Made by a program: the position numbers and the translations under genes
The notes under the pieces: generated by a model
Seen by the model: only the letters and a program-made list of their open reading frames with translations
Database searches by the model: none
What the model was told of the DNA's origin: nothing
Shown here: one piece after another, positions 51,493-63,838 of the stretch
How the letters are laid out: every line of letters begins with the position of its first letter
Numbering within the stretch: position 1 is the first letter of the stretch
Assembly (NCBI RefSeq): GCF_006345805.1
Contig: NC_043004.1
Location: 99,014,001 to 99,078,000, forward strand
Origin: Octopus sinensis
Lineage: Eukaryota
Length of the DNA stretch: 64,000 nucleotides
Direction of reading: 5' to 3'

Positions 51493-51785
51493 TACCCTGA
51501 GGCCATCATCTTCCGTGCAGATGAAAAAACCTTGGCTTCATTTAGATCAGGTGAAGTGGGATGTTTCCACAGAATGGATTGTCACTTTGTCTCTGGCTCA
51601 AAGTGATGAAGCCAACACTCATCCTGGATCAGAAAATGTTCAAGGAAACCAGCTAGAACTGCCTTGGACAAAGTCAAATCATCCCATGATGTTATCAGAT
51701 TTGTGTGCTTTTGATCAGGTGTCAGAAGATGTAGCACCCACTGAGAAGAAATCTTCCTTATACTAAGTTCATTGTGCAGAATATT
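51493..51785 (-). pseudogene. mariner transposase internal fragment
   Basis: ILHNELSIRKISSQWVLHLLTPDQK...IQDECWLHHFEPETK*QS..WKH...SARKMMAS (WVPRLLT / T.DE.W..EPETK / AGKVMAS pattern). Confidence 0.85.
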
Positions 51786-51786
51786 T

Positions 51787-52196
51787 TTACTCTCTTTTAC
51801 TCTTTTACTTGTTTCAGTCATTTGACTGTGGCTATGCTGGAGCACCGCCTTTTAGTCGAGCAAATCGACCCCAGGACTTATTCTTTGTAAGCCTAGTACT
51901 TATTCTATAGGTCTCTTTTGCCGAAGTGCTAAGTTACGGGGACGTAAACACACCAGCATCAGTTGTCAAGCGATGTTGGGGAGGACAAACACAGACACTC
52001 AAACACACACACATATACACATATATATATATATACATATATATGATGGGCTTCTTTCAGTTCCTGTCTACCAAATCTACTCACAAGGCTTTGGTCGGCC
52101 TGAAGCTATAGTAGAAGACACCTGCCCAAGGTGCCACACAGTGGGACTGAACCTGGAACCATGTGGTTCGTGAGCAAGCTGCTTACCACACAGCCA
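51787..52196 (-). mobile_element. SINE family A
   Basis: Full motif set in reverse. Confidence 0.95.
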
Positions 52197-52342
52197 GTAT
52201 GTATTTTAAGCTTGAAACTTATTCTAAAGATCCTTTTGTTGAACTGCTAAGTTATGAGGACATAAAGAAACTAATACCGGCTGTTAAGCAGTGGGTTGAC
52301 AAAACAAATACACAATCACATATATATATATTTATTTGTGTG

Positions 52343-52380
<38 letters not shown>

Positions 52381-52436
52381 TACATATGTGTGTGTGTATA
52401 TAAATAAATATATATATGCACACCCGCACACACATA

Positions 52437-52775
52437 CAAGGTGCGGTGAATAAACTATAATCTAAGTTACACAAAAATGAAAAAACACTGATATCTCATT
52501 TGAACAGATATATTTACCAAAATTACATAAAAATATCTTGAAATACTAAAGAGTAAATTTATTCAATAAAAGGATTATTGGCTTCAGCGGCAGCCTCCAG
52601 ACGACTTCAGATTCTTCTGCAACTCTTCTGGATGGTCTCCTTGTTTAAGTTGGTGAATGCTATCATAATCCTTGCCTTCGGTTCATCATTGGTGTTACAA
52701 GGAGTGTTGTTGGTCTTTCACTCAACTGTGCCTCACACATAATAATCAAGGGGGTTGCAGTCTGGGTAGTTTTGA
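52437..52775 (-). pseudogene. Tc1/mariner (DD37D maT-like) 3' end with TIR
   Basis: YPDCNPLDYYV*G...CRRI*SRLEAAAEAN (SPDxNPLDY.VW...RLEAV.EA pattern); TA|CAAGGTGCGGTGAATAA terminus. Confidence 0.78.
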
Positions 52776-52784
52776 TTCTGAGTG

Positions 52785-53587
52785 TATTGAACCATCTGAA
52801 ACAAATCAGCAAGGTAAAAAAGCCAGACAAGTGGGTACCACATGAAATGAATGAGCATCAAAAGACAAGTTGTCTTGAAACATGCTGTTCTTTGCTGTCA
52901 TAGCTCAAAAACGAACCATTTTTGCATCATATTGTTATGTGTGATGAAAAATGGATTGTTTTCAACAATAGCAAGCATTCTACACGGTGGTCGGATTGAG
53001 ATGAAGGGCCAAAATACAATCCAAAAGAGAATTTTCACCAAAAAACGCTAATGGTGTTTGTTTGGTGCTCCAGTGCTGGTATTATCCACTACAGCTTGAT
53101 GAGACCTGGTGAGTTAATTACAACTGATGTATACTTCAACCAATTGGATAAAATGATAAGAGAACTTGTAATTAAACAACTGAGATTGGTCAATAGAGAC
53201 AGGTCAACTCTCTTGCAAGACACTGTTTGACCACACGTTGACAAAGAATGCTACTTGAGTTACAAGAACCGAACTTAGAAGTACTCGGTCATCCACCATA
53301 TTCACCAGACCTTGCACCAACTGTCTATCACATTTTGCAGGCATTAGACAACATTTTGCAAGGAAAAAACTTCAAATCTCAAGAAGAGGCAAAAACAACC
53401 TTTCATGATTTCATCACCTCTTGCTCTCCGGAATTCTTAGCTGCTGGCATAAATAAGCTATTGATAAAATGGCAAAACTGCGTTGACACTTTAGGTGTAT
53501 ACTTTGATTAACTGTATTGCTTTTTGTTGCGATGAAGTAAAATAAACTTTCAGTTCAAAATCAGATACTTCATTCTTAATGACCTGA
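52785..53587 (+). pseudogene. mariner transposase pseudogene, 3' two-thirds with TIR
   Basis: KWVPHEM, IVMCDEKW, VWCSSAGIIHY, HPPYSPDLAPTVYH, GINKLLIKWQNCVD; ends ...CTTAATGACCTGA|TA. Confidence 0.92.
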
Positions 53588-53593
53588 TATATA

Positions 53594-54208
53594 TACTCTT
53601 TTCAGTCATTTGACGGCAACCATGCTGGAGCACTGCCTTTAGTCAAAGAAATCAACCTCAAGACTTATTCTTCATAAGCCTAGTAGTTATTCTATTAGTT
53701 TCTTTTGCCGAACTACTACTTTACAGGGACACTAACATTGGTTGTCAAGTGATGGTGGGGGAATAAACACAGACACAAAGGTACACACACATAAATATAT
53801 ATGCATATATATATATATATATATATATAGTTAATCCAAACAAGAAAACACAAAAAAAAACACTACAATGCGAGGACGCGGAACAAATATAGTATTATTG
53901 GATGCTCAGGAAAGAAGGGAAGAAGGAGGGTTTAATGTTTCGAGCAGTGCTCTTCGTCGGAAACATAGGAGAAGGAAAGATCCAGAGAAGGGAAGACAGA
54001 GGGAAAAAAATCGCCAACGGTACACATGAGGTCACATTTTGAAAGACATACACACAATAGGCTTCTTTCAGTTTCTCTCTATCAAACCTACTCACAAGGT
54101 TTTGGTCAGCACGAGGCTACAGTGGAATACACTTGCACAAGATGCTATTCAGTGGGACTGAACCCAGAACCATGTAGTTAGGAAGAAAGCTTCTTATCGC
54201 ACAGCCAT
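53594..54208 (-). mobile_element. SINE family A split at its internal (TA)n by a Penelope-like remnant
   Basis: Tail half 53594-53800 and head half 54058-54208. Confidence 0.85.
53830..54045 (-). mobile_element. Penelope-like pseudo-LTR remnant with an HHR motif
   Basis: Minus strand 53964-53930: GTTT-CCGACGA-A-GAGC-ACT-GCTC-GAAAC-AT-T-AAAC. Confidence 0.55.
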
Positions 54209-54419
54209 GCTTTACAAAAGTAAGCACACAAATGTGAAACAAGGTGAGAAAAAAATAGTACTCAGATACTGGAGGTAGAGTAATATGCCTTATTATTATT
54301 AAAGCTGCAAAAACATCACAGAAATACCCCCAAAATACTTCTACTCAGAGTTTCATGGTCATAACAGTTTAGATTGACAAATGGAAATGTGAAACTCTGG
54401 GCAGTAGTATATATATATA

Positions 54420-54665
54420 TCATCATCATCATCATCATTTAGCGTCTGCTTTCCATGCTAGCATGGGTTGGACGGTTCAACTGGGGTCTGGGAAACCAGA
54501 AGGCTGCACCAGGTCCAGTCTGATCTGGCAATGTTTCTACGGCTGGATGCCCTTCCTAACACCAACCACTCCGTGAGTGTAGTGGGTGCTTTTTATGTGC
54601 CACCTGCACAGGTGCCAGACAAGGCTGGCAAACGGCCACGGTCGGATGGTGCTTTTTATGTGCTA
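54420..54665 (-). mobile_element. SINE family C
   Basis: (CAT)n tail and core. Confidence 0.92.
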
Positions 54666-55357
54666 CATATATATATATATATACACGCATACACACACAC
54701 ATATATATATATGCTGCTCAAGGGACCCTTTGTAGGGGTACCATTTCAGCTACTTGTATTTGTGATCATGTTCTTCCAGTCATTACCCAACTTTCAAATT
54801 TTGAATGACTAACTTAAAAACAGAAAGTCAATTCAAAATTTAATAATGATCAGAAATTTGATTTAACGAGTTAGTAACTATATTCATAAGTAAAATACAC
54901 CCCTCTGAGCTTTAATTTAATTCTAAAATAATTGTGGATTTAAAATGGTTTTGTAAAACAACTTATTTTATTCATTAATATATTAAAACGATGTTCTGAA
55001 AACAATAAAAAAATATCTCATAAATCAATTAAAGAACTAGTCTCAAAACTACCATTATTATAGGTAAAATCTGAAATAAAAAGTTATTGAATTTTGTTTA
55101 AATATTATCATATACAATGCGATGTTATTTAATATATCATATAGTTTTTAAATGCCCAATATTATGTTTATTGAAAAAATTTCTTAATAGCATCCATGCT
55201 GTTCTTCATTACGTTTTTATGTTTTGCATTGCAATTAGTCTCTGCTGTTATTATAGGAAAAATTGAAATAGAATAAATAAAACGAAATAGTCAATGAATT
55301 TTTGAGTTATGAAGCTCACAAATTAGGTCCGCTTTTTCAGAAAATTTTACATGAGAT

Positions 55358-55578
55358 ATATTCTTTTCTACTCGAGACACAAGGCCCAAAATTGTTTGGC
55401 GAGGGGGCTAGTCGATTAGATCGACCCCAGTATGCAGCTTGTACTTAATTTATTGAACCCCCAAAAGGATGAAAGGCACAGTCGACCTTGGCAGAATTTG
55501 AACTCAGAATGTAGTGATGGGCAAAATACTGCTTAGCATTTTGCCCAGTGTGCTAATGATTCTGCCAGCTCACTGCCT
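55358..55578 (-). mobile_element. SINE family B
   Basis: ATATTCTTTTCTACTC...GATTCTGCCAGCTCACTGCC. Confidence 0.9.
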
Positions 55579-55924
55579 TTTTACAAGAGAAATATTATAA
55601 AAGCTTTCTCTCTGAATGGTCTTTAGATTACTCATACATGCTGTATTATACGCATTTAAGGAATGAAATGCGAGTTGTGAAAGATGAAAGACAAGTAAAC
55701 ACTGGTTGGTATGGAGAGAGAGTGTGAAGTAAGAGTTAGAGAGTGAGGCCATTGGTGTGATTGGTGGTCAGTGTGATAAATGGAGGAAGGAAGAGTTGCA
55801 TGTTCATCATTCTAAGTGTCCAAGACCATCTAGTCATCATTAAAGATGATTGATATTTTTGCACACTGACATTGTTTGAAAGTGAAAGAGAGTTTGCAGT
55901 TTGAAGTCATACCTAGATCATATA

Positions 55925-56150
55925 TCATCTTCATCATCATCTTTTAATGTCCATTGTCCAGGCTGGCATGGATTGGAAGGTTTGACCAGAGCTGGCAAGC
56001 AGGAGAGCTGCACCAGGTTCTAGACTCATTTGACTTGGTTTCTATGGTTGGATGTCCTTTTTAGCATCAACCACTTTACAGTGTGAGCTGGGTACTTTTA
56101 CGTGACACTGACACATTTAGATGGCAGCAGCACATGTACTTTTCACCTGA
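55925..56150 (-). mobile_element. SINE family C, old
   Basis: Decayed tail and GGTTGGATGTCCTTTT core. Confidence 0.7.
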
Positions 56151-56360
56151 CACTGCGGAGGGCTCTTGCAGGCTAATCCTTTTCATCAAGGAGGGCAACA
56201 CACACACACCTATATGTGTATATTACAACTGCTTAATCTCCACCATTGTGTTAGAGTACATTTTCTCAAATGTGGATGGGCCTTCTGAAGAAGGATGTCT
56301 CTAATTAGTATTTACTGTCACCTGTTAACTAACACTGCCAGCATACCTACCTTCATTTCA

Positions 56361-56570
56361 TTTACTCGTTACTTGTTTCAGTCATTTTGACTGTGGTCAT
56401 GCTGGAGCACCACCTTTAGTCAAGCAAATCGACCCCAGGACTTATTCTTTTAAGCCTAGTACTTATTCTATCAGTCTCTTTTGCTGAACTGCCAAGTTAC
56501 AGGGGCGTAAACACACCAGCATCGGTTGTCAAGCGATGTTAGGGGAACAAACATAGACACACACAAACAC

Positions 56571-56630
<60 letters not shown>

Positions 56631-56829
56631 ACATACACACACACACACACATATATATATATACGACGGGCTTCTTTCAGTTTCTGTCTACCAAATCCAC
56701 TCACAAGGCTTTGGTTGGCCCGAGGCTATAGTAGAATACACTTGCCCAATTTACCACGCAGTGGGACTGAACCCAGAACCATGTGGTTGATAAGCAAGCT
56801 ACTCCCCACGCAGCCACTCCTGTGCCTAC
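56361..56829 (-). mobile_element. SINE family A with expanded internal (CA)n
   Basis: Full motif set in reverse. Confidence 0.93.
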
Positions 56830-56939
56830 GATTAATAGTAGAAGCAATCATCTCCCCCATTCACAAACTTTTAACTTTCAATGTTTAATGCCCACCACTT
56901 CGGCACAGTCCCATCTCTGTTATACTAAATCATATTCCT

Positions 56940-57900
56940 TCCGCCACAACCACAACCACCACCACCATCTGTGTTTGTCCCCCCAACATCACCACCACTG
57001 CCACCTCTTCCACAGCCACCACCACTACAGCCACCACTGCCACCTCTGCCACCAACACCACCACCGCCGCCGCCATTACCACCATCATCATCACCACCAC
57101 CACCACCTCTAGTAGCAAATAACCACAGTTATACTACATTCACAGCAACTTGTTGACTAACGATCGTCAAAGCTATTGGAACTACCACCACTACTCCAAC
57201 ACCACTATTACCTCTACCATAACATCAGTACAGTCAAGACTACCACCAAAGAACTTCTACCCTTGCCATTCTCTGCCAGCACCAGAACATCCAGACTGTA
57301 TTACCATCACACTAAACCAGATCACATAGCACTACCACCACTACTAGCATCAGCAACAGTACCACCATAACCACCACCACCACCACAGTTCTTATTACTA
57401 CAACTATTGCTACTACCATCACCTACAATACCACCATAATCATCATAACTTCTACTGTTACCACCACAATCACCACTACCACTTCTACTACCACTACCAC
57501 CATCACCAAACCACTATCAGCAACAGCTCTACCTTCCCTACTACAACCACCATACCACTACAACCACCACCACAAACATCAACACCAAAAGCACCACCAA
57601 TACCATCACCACTACCACCATTACCACTGCCAGTACCACAATCACCACCATACCACCAATAACAACACCAACATCACTACTACACCATCAACACCAACAT
57701 CACTACCACACCATCAACACCACTACAACCACTACTACCATCAATACACCACCATTTCCAATATCTTCATTCTCATGACCATCTTACCTAATAGTGCTTA
57801 CACCAACACCATTACCAATACCACTGACATCACCACCACCATCACCACCATCACAACCACCACCATCACCACCACCACCACCCACCAATGACAACAATGT
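56940..57900. repeat. About 950-bp degenerate (ACC/ACT/ATC)n low-complexity tract
   Basis: Trinucleotide-periodic, with register shifts. Confidence 0.88.
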
Positions 57901-58179
57901 AATCCTGATTTCTGCATCATCACTGCCACAGTTAAGCAATAAATCTTTAAAACCAGTCTAGAATTGGTGCTAGTGGTTGAGAGTGGTCGATGGTGGTTGA
58001 TGGTTGCAAAGAAACAGAAAGGTTAATGGATTATGTGGGTGGATGTCATAGTTGCGGTGGAGAGGGTGCAATCATTTACCATGTTCTGAGATCAAACTAA
58101 CGATAACCTTCGGCAATTTCTATTTCAAGTTGAAGATTTCTTCCCATAGAAATATTTAACAACAAATGTATGAACGTGT

Positions 58180-58447
58180 ATGTTTACACACACACACACA
58201 CACATATGCACATGTACACAAACACACAGAAACACAGACACATATGTATGTGCGTGTGATTGTATATGTATATACACATGTATGCATTTATAAATGTGAT
58301 GGTATGTACATATGTATATATGGGTATGTATACATGAAAGTATATATACAGAGATATATACATACATACATATATACATATATGTATATACATATATATA
58401 TATATATATATATTTATAGGTATGTATATAAATGCATATATATATGC

Positions 58448-58536
<89 letters not shown>

Positions 58537-58552
58537 AATATATATATATATA
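58180..58552. repeat. (CA)/(TA) compound microsatellite
   Basis: Direct. Confidence 0.9.
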
Positions 58553-58964
58553 TTCTCTCTTTTTCTCTTTTTACTGTTTCAGTCATTTTGACTGCGGCCA
58601 TGCTGGTGCACCGCCTTTGATTGAGCAACTCGACCCCGGGACTAATTCTTTGTAAGCTCAGTACTTATTCTATCGGTCCCTTTTGCCGAACCGCTAAGTG
58701 ACGGGGACATAAACACACCAGCATCGGTTGTCAAGCAATGCTAGGGGGACAAACATGGACACACAAACATACACTAACATACATATATAAACATATATAT
58801 GACAGGCTTCTTTCAGTTTCCGTCTACCAAATCCACTCACAAGGCTTTGGTCGGCCCGAGGCTATAGTAGAAGACACTTGCCCAAGGTGCCACGCTGTGG
58901 GACTGAACCCGGAACCATGTGGTTGGTAAACAAGCTACTTACCACACAGTCACTCCTGCGCCTA
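58553..58964 (-). mobile_element. SINE family A
   Basis: Full motif set in reverse. Confidence 0.95.
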
Positions 58965-59033
58965 TATACAACTATCTATCCATCCATCTATTCATTTATC
59001 TGTCTATTTATCTATCTATCTCTCTATCTATCC

Positions 59034-59067
<34 letters not shown>

Positions 59068-59560
59068 ATAAGGAAGGCAGCTATATGTAATATAAAATGA
59101 AAAAGGAAAAATTCAATTGTTAGTAATTGTGACTGATGGTGTCAGGTAGCACTATATAGCTAGAAATAAGATTTGAAAACCCCCTTAGAGATGCAATGAA
59201 GCACATTTTTTATATATTGACAGGGGAGCTAACTATACTATGGGAAAGAAGCACTATACTGCTCTAGTTCTGCTTGAAATTATAAGCTCATTGCTGGATA
59301 GTTTGGTTAAATCCTCACTGTCAGTATATTTATTTACTATTACGAATCTGTGGCTGATTTAGCAAAGTGCTAAAGTGAAAATTATAAAGCAACAAAAACA
59401 GCTATACACAATGTAAAACCAAAGGGGAAAATTTCATTTGTCCCTAATTGTGACTCAGGGTGCTGGGTAGGACCTATATTGCTAGAAATAATCTATGAAT
59501 CTTTGAATCAACCATAGATTCATAAGGCAAATTTATTTACTGACAGCAATGGAGTAGTCA

Positions 59561-59606
59561 CTACTAATGAGCTTGTAATTTCAAGCAAAACTGTACTGGT
59601 ATAGTG
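59561..59606 (+). ncRNA. Decayed type I HHR, copy R2
   Basis: ACTA-CTAATGA-GCTTG-TAATTT-CAAGC-AAAAC-TGTACTG-GTA-TAGT. Confidence 0.6.
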
Positions 59607-59908
59607 CTGTTGCTAGCTGTAGGGAGGTTATCTCCCCTGTCAGCATATGAAAATATGCTTTATCGTGGCACTGGTGGTTTTTTAACTGTTATTTCTAGCA
59701 ATATAGACGCTACCCAGCACCTTCAGTTACAATTAATGACAAATGAATTTTTACCTTTTGGTTTTATACTGCGCAAAGCTGCCTTTGTTAATTTATAAAT
59801 TTCACATTAGCAATTTGGCAAATCACCCATAAATTCATATGGTATATATATATATATATATATACTGATAGTCAGGATTTAGCCAAACCATCAAGCAATA
59901 CAGTAGCC

Positions 59909-59954
59909 ATTACTGATGAGCTTGTAATCTCAAGCAAAACTAGATTAGTATAGT
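59909..59954 (+). ncRNA. Decayed type I HHR, copy R1
   Basis: ATTA-CTGATGA-GCTTG-TAATCT-CAAGC-AAAAC-TAGATTA-GTA-TAGT; only G12 departs from the core consensus. Confidence 0.68.
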
Positions 59955-60124
59955 TATCTTGTTCGGTGCGAGGCAGTTATCTCCCCTATCAGTATATAAA
60001 AATGTGCTTTATTGCAGCTGTAAGGGTGTTTTTAACTCTTATTTCTAGCTATATAAGTGATACCTGGCATCTCAGATGCCATTAGTGACAACTGAATTTT
60101 TCCTTATATTTATGTATGTATCTT

Positions 60125-60586
60125 CATCTTTACATACATACATACATATATGTATGTATGTATGTATGTATGTGTGTATGTATGTATGTATGTATGTATG
60201 TAGTATGTATGTATGTAAGTATGTAAGTATGTATGTATGTATGTATGTATGTATGTGTGTATGTATGTATGTGTGTATATGTGTATGTATGTATGTGTGT
60301 ATGTATGTATGTATGTATGTGTGTGTGTATGTATGTATGTATGAATGTATGTATGTATGTATGTATGTATGTGTGTATTATGTATGTATGTATGCATGCA
60401 TGTATGTATGTTGTATGTATGTATGTATGTATGTTGTAGTTTATGTGTGTATGTATGTATGTATGTATGTAGTATGTATGTATGTATGTGTGTATGTATG
60501 TATGTTGTATGTATGTATTTATGTATGTGTGTATGTATGTATGTATGTGTTATGTATGTATGGATGGATGGATGGATGTATGTATG

Positions 60587-60620
<34 letters not shown>

Positions 60621-60670
60621 TGTATGTATGTATGTATGTATGGATGGATGGATGGATGGATGTATGTATG

Positions 60671-60704
<34 letters not shown>

Positions 60705-60745
60705 TGTATGTATGTATGTATGTATGTATGTATGTATGTGTGTGA
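60125..60745. repeat. (GTAT)n tetranucleotide array with (GGAT)n inserts
   Basis: Direct. Confidence 0.97.
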
Positions 60746-60834
60746 TGTGTAAGAGAAAATGCTTGTGTCATGTGGGCCTGGTCAGCCATCAGAGAACTCA
60801 CCCTTTGTAAATTGTGATATGGTTATTGTTCAGA

Positions 60835-61015
60835 ACAGAGCATGTGCAACATGTGGAAAGGTGTGTCTTCCGGTTGGAGGATTGAAAAGGCATGTCAAAA
60901 TACTCCATACTCCATACTGTGACAACTGTTCCTTCTGCCAGCCAGCACAGCTGTGCATTATGCAATAGAATGTGCAAAGCTTTGGCTAGACTCAAGAGTC
61001 ATACAAAGGCCTTAC
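60835..61015 (+). pseudogene. Two C2H2-like zinc-finger motifs (probably a LINE ORF2 C-terminus), frameshifted
   Basis: CATCGKVCLPVGGLKRHVKILH, then CALCNRMCKALARLKSHTKA once the 7-bp duplication ACTCCAT (60902-15) is removed. Confidence 0.55.
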
Positions 61016-61864
61016 GTTGCATCATCAATGTCTCATTTCAATGATTCTTTCTAGCAATTGCTTTGCTCATATACAAGAAAGCAGTTGCGATGTATATATG
61101 AATATATGTATGTACGTATGCATATAAGTTTGTATGTATGTTTATGTACATATGTATTAAAGGGTAAAGTGTAAGGGTGTATGTATGTGTGTGTGTGTGT
61201 GTGTGTGTGTATAACAGGGATCCAAATTGGTTTCTGTCAAGCAAATTTTATTGTGGGTGTTTGTGAGTATAAATATATATTACCTGAGAATATATTTGAC
61301 AGAGAGAAAGAGAGAGAGAGTGGGTGAGATGGAGAGAGTACCATTAGATTAAGAGCAGTAAAAACTATAGCACAAAGAGTATTAACAGAAAAAAACTACA
61401 TTATGATTTATAAATACATAATTGTTGAAGATCAAATTTGCGTTATTACACCCTTGAAGCACTTTTATATAGATATGTGTGTGTGTGTGTGTGTGTGCCT
61501 TTGTCTTTGTTCAATGTAGATATACATTGAGAAAATAGGATGTGTGTTTGTGTCACTCAATTTATATTTGTGTGCTTTTATTCAATACATTTATAGATAT
61601 GTACATATATATATAGTGATATACACTCATAGATAAATATACAAATATGCAAGTATAAATATCTGTATATATATATATAGATAGATGCAAAACAGCCTTT
61701 TGTCTCTACATGTGTCTCCATACATACTCACACACATGTACACACACAGAGAAACACACACACACATACACACATAGGCACCAAAAAATAGATGCAAAAA
61801 TTCCAATAGACATACACCTTCTTCCATGCAAGTACATTAATATAAGCAATGTGTGTGTATGTAT

Positions 61865-61930
<66 letters not shown>

Positions 61931-62281
61931 TATATACATAGTAAAATGTTATGTAATACAACCATAGACACACAGACACACACATTTTCATCACACATGC
62001 ATACAAAACAAATATACAAGCAAGTTGTGCTCATGAGAAACCGACAATTAATGCAGGAAACCAAAAGTTTAAACTATATTCTTAACTTATTCAATAATAA
62101 ACTTCCCTTCTAGAATCTTCCAGTAATTGCTTGTATCCGAAAGTGAAATATATATATATATGTACATATATGTGTGTGTGTGTGTGTGTGCATGTATATT
62201 TATGCACATATAAATATACATGCACACACATAAATATATATCTTAATTTGGATTACACACATGGAAAAAAAATTGCTAACC

Positions 62282-62283
62282 AT

Positions 62284-62325
<42 letters not shown>

Positions 62326-62338
62326 CACTACTAATAAT

Positions 62339-62373
<35 letters not shown>

Positions 62374-62640
62374 TTTTGATAATGATGATGATGAGGTGGA
62401 GGAGAAGAAGAAGAAGAAGAAGAAGAAGAAGAAGAAGAAGAAGAAGAAGAAGAAAAAGAAGAAGAAGAAAAAGATGAAGAAGAAGAAGAAAAGGATGAAG
62501 AAGAAGAAGAAGAAGAAGAAGAAGTTGAAGAAGAAAAAGTATAAGAAGAAGAAAAAGATGAAGAAGAAGAAGAAGAAGAAGAAGAAGAGGAGAAGAAGAT
62601 ATAAAACCATAATAAAGGCAAACTTAGAAAGAAAGATGAA
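62282..62640. repeat. Compound (TAC)n-(AAT)n-(GAT)n-(GAA)n microsatellite
   Basis: Direct. Confidence 0.95.
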
Positions 62641-63534
62641 GAGCTAATGATGTTAGTTAAGGCTAGAGGCATCCAATTTACATTCACCATGTCTATTTTA
62701 TTAAGCTTAATTATTCTTAATATAGTGAGGGTAGATCTTATTTTGAAATGTAAGGACAATGTCAACCCTTTGGCCAGCGTATGGAGAGGTTCTAATGAGA
62801 GCTAGAGTGGGCCAAATTTATTACGATTCCACAAATGTATTCTAATATATGAAGATGTCGAAGAGCAAGTGATCCCCATTATATAAGTAAATAAATAAAT
62901 AAATAAATAAATGTTGTCGCAAATAAAAAAAAAAAATTAAACACCCCTTTCCTATGTTAATTTGGGCAGTTGAAATACTTTTTTTTATTCCTCTGCATCA
63001 CATTGACGTTTTCATGTTTGCTTGTTATTCGTAACCATCAAACCTACCTACACTGGAAACTTTGTTAAAACGCCATTAATTCAATGCTTTCACTTTGTAT
63101 TTTTTTCTGATATTTGTAACTAATTTATCTGGCATGTTTGAATGTCTGTTTACTTCTTGTTCATGCTGTAGCATCTTTCTAATTGTCAGCTAAATGCGGT
63201 TTATTTTTGTGGAAATAAAAAAAGAGAAATCAAGAAACAATTAAGAGGACATAAGCACATACATAATACATCCATAATACATCCATACATAGATACATAA
63301 ATCAAAATATCAAAGGATGTTAACCAACAGTTGTGTTACACAACTGTCAGTTAATATTGCTACTATAAACCTGAAGATTACAGAAAACATGAAAGTACTT
63401 GTATTACCATAGTATGTAATAGTGTAAAATTGTAAAACATACACACAAAATTTCAAACTAAGACTACATTGGAATTTCAGTGACTAATATATTTGCGTGT
63501 ACATAATTAATGTCCGTGTTTGTACAATGGTTAA

Positions 63535-63722
63535 TGCCCCAGTACACTCTGAAAATTGTTTGCATTTGCATGGGCATCCAGCCATAGAAACCATACCAAA
63601 CAAACAAATGGAACCCAGGCAGCTCTCCAGCTGCCCACCTCCTCTCAAACTGTTTGATCCATGCCAGTATGAAGAACAGACATTAAAAGTGCATGATGGT
63701 GATGATGATGACAACGATGATG
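63535..63722 (+). mobile_element. SINE family C, old
   Basis: GGGCATCCAGCCATAGAAAC...CATGCCAGTATG...(GAT)n. Confidence 0.7.
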
Positions 63723-63799
63723 TACGTGTGTGTACACAGAAAGAGAGGGAGACGGATGTAATATATATACATATATGCATATGTATATATATCTGTGTA

Positions 63800-63838
<39 letters not shown>

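Larger units (their letters stand above)
59100..60100. mobile_element. Head-to-head tandem arrays of an about 348-nt HHR-bearing unit (retrozyme or Penelope pseudo-LTR-like), decayed
   Basis: Plus-strand units with HHR cores at 59565 and 59913; inverted copies at 59100-59505; about 70-80% identity by eye. Confidence 0.72.

Noticed and set aside
56940-57900. Thr/His/Pro-rich tract resembling a mucin exon
   Set aside because: The Thr register shifts repeatedly and there are no splice signals or unique domain; it is a decayed (ACC)n microsatellite.
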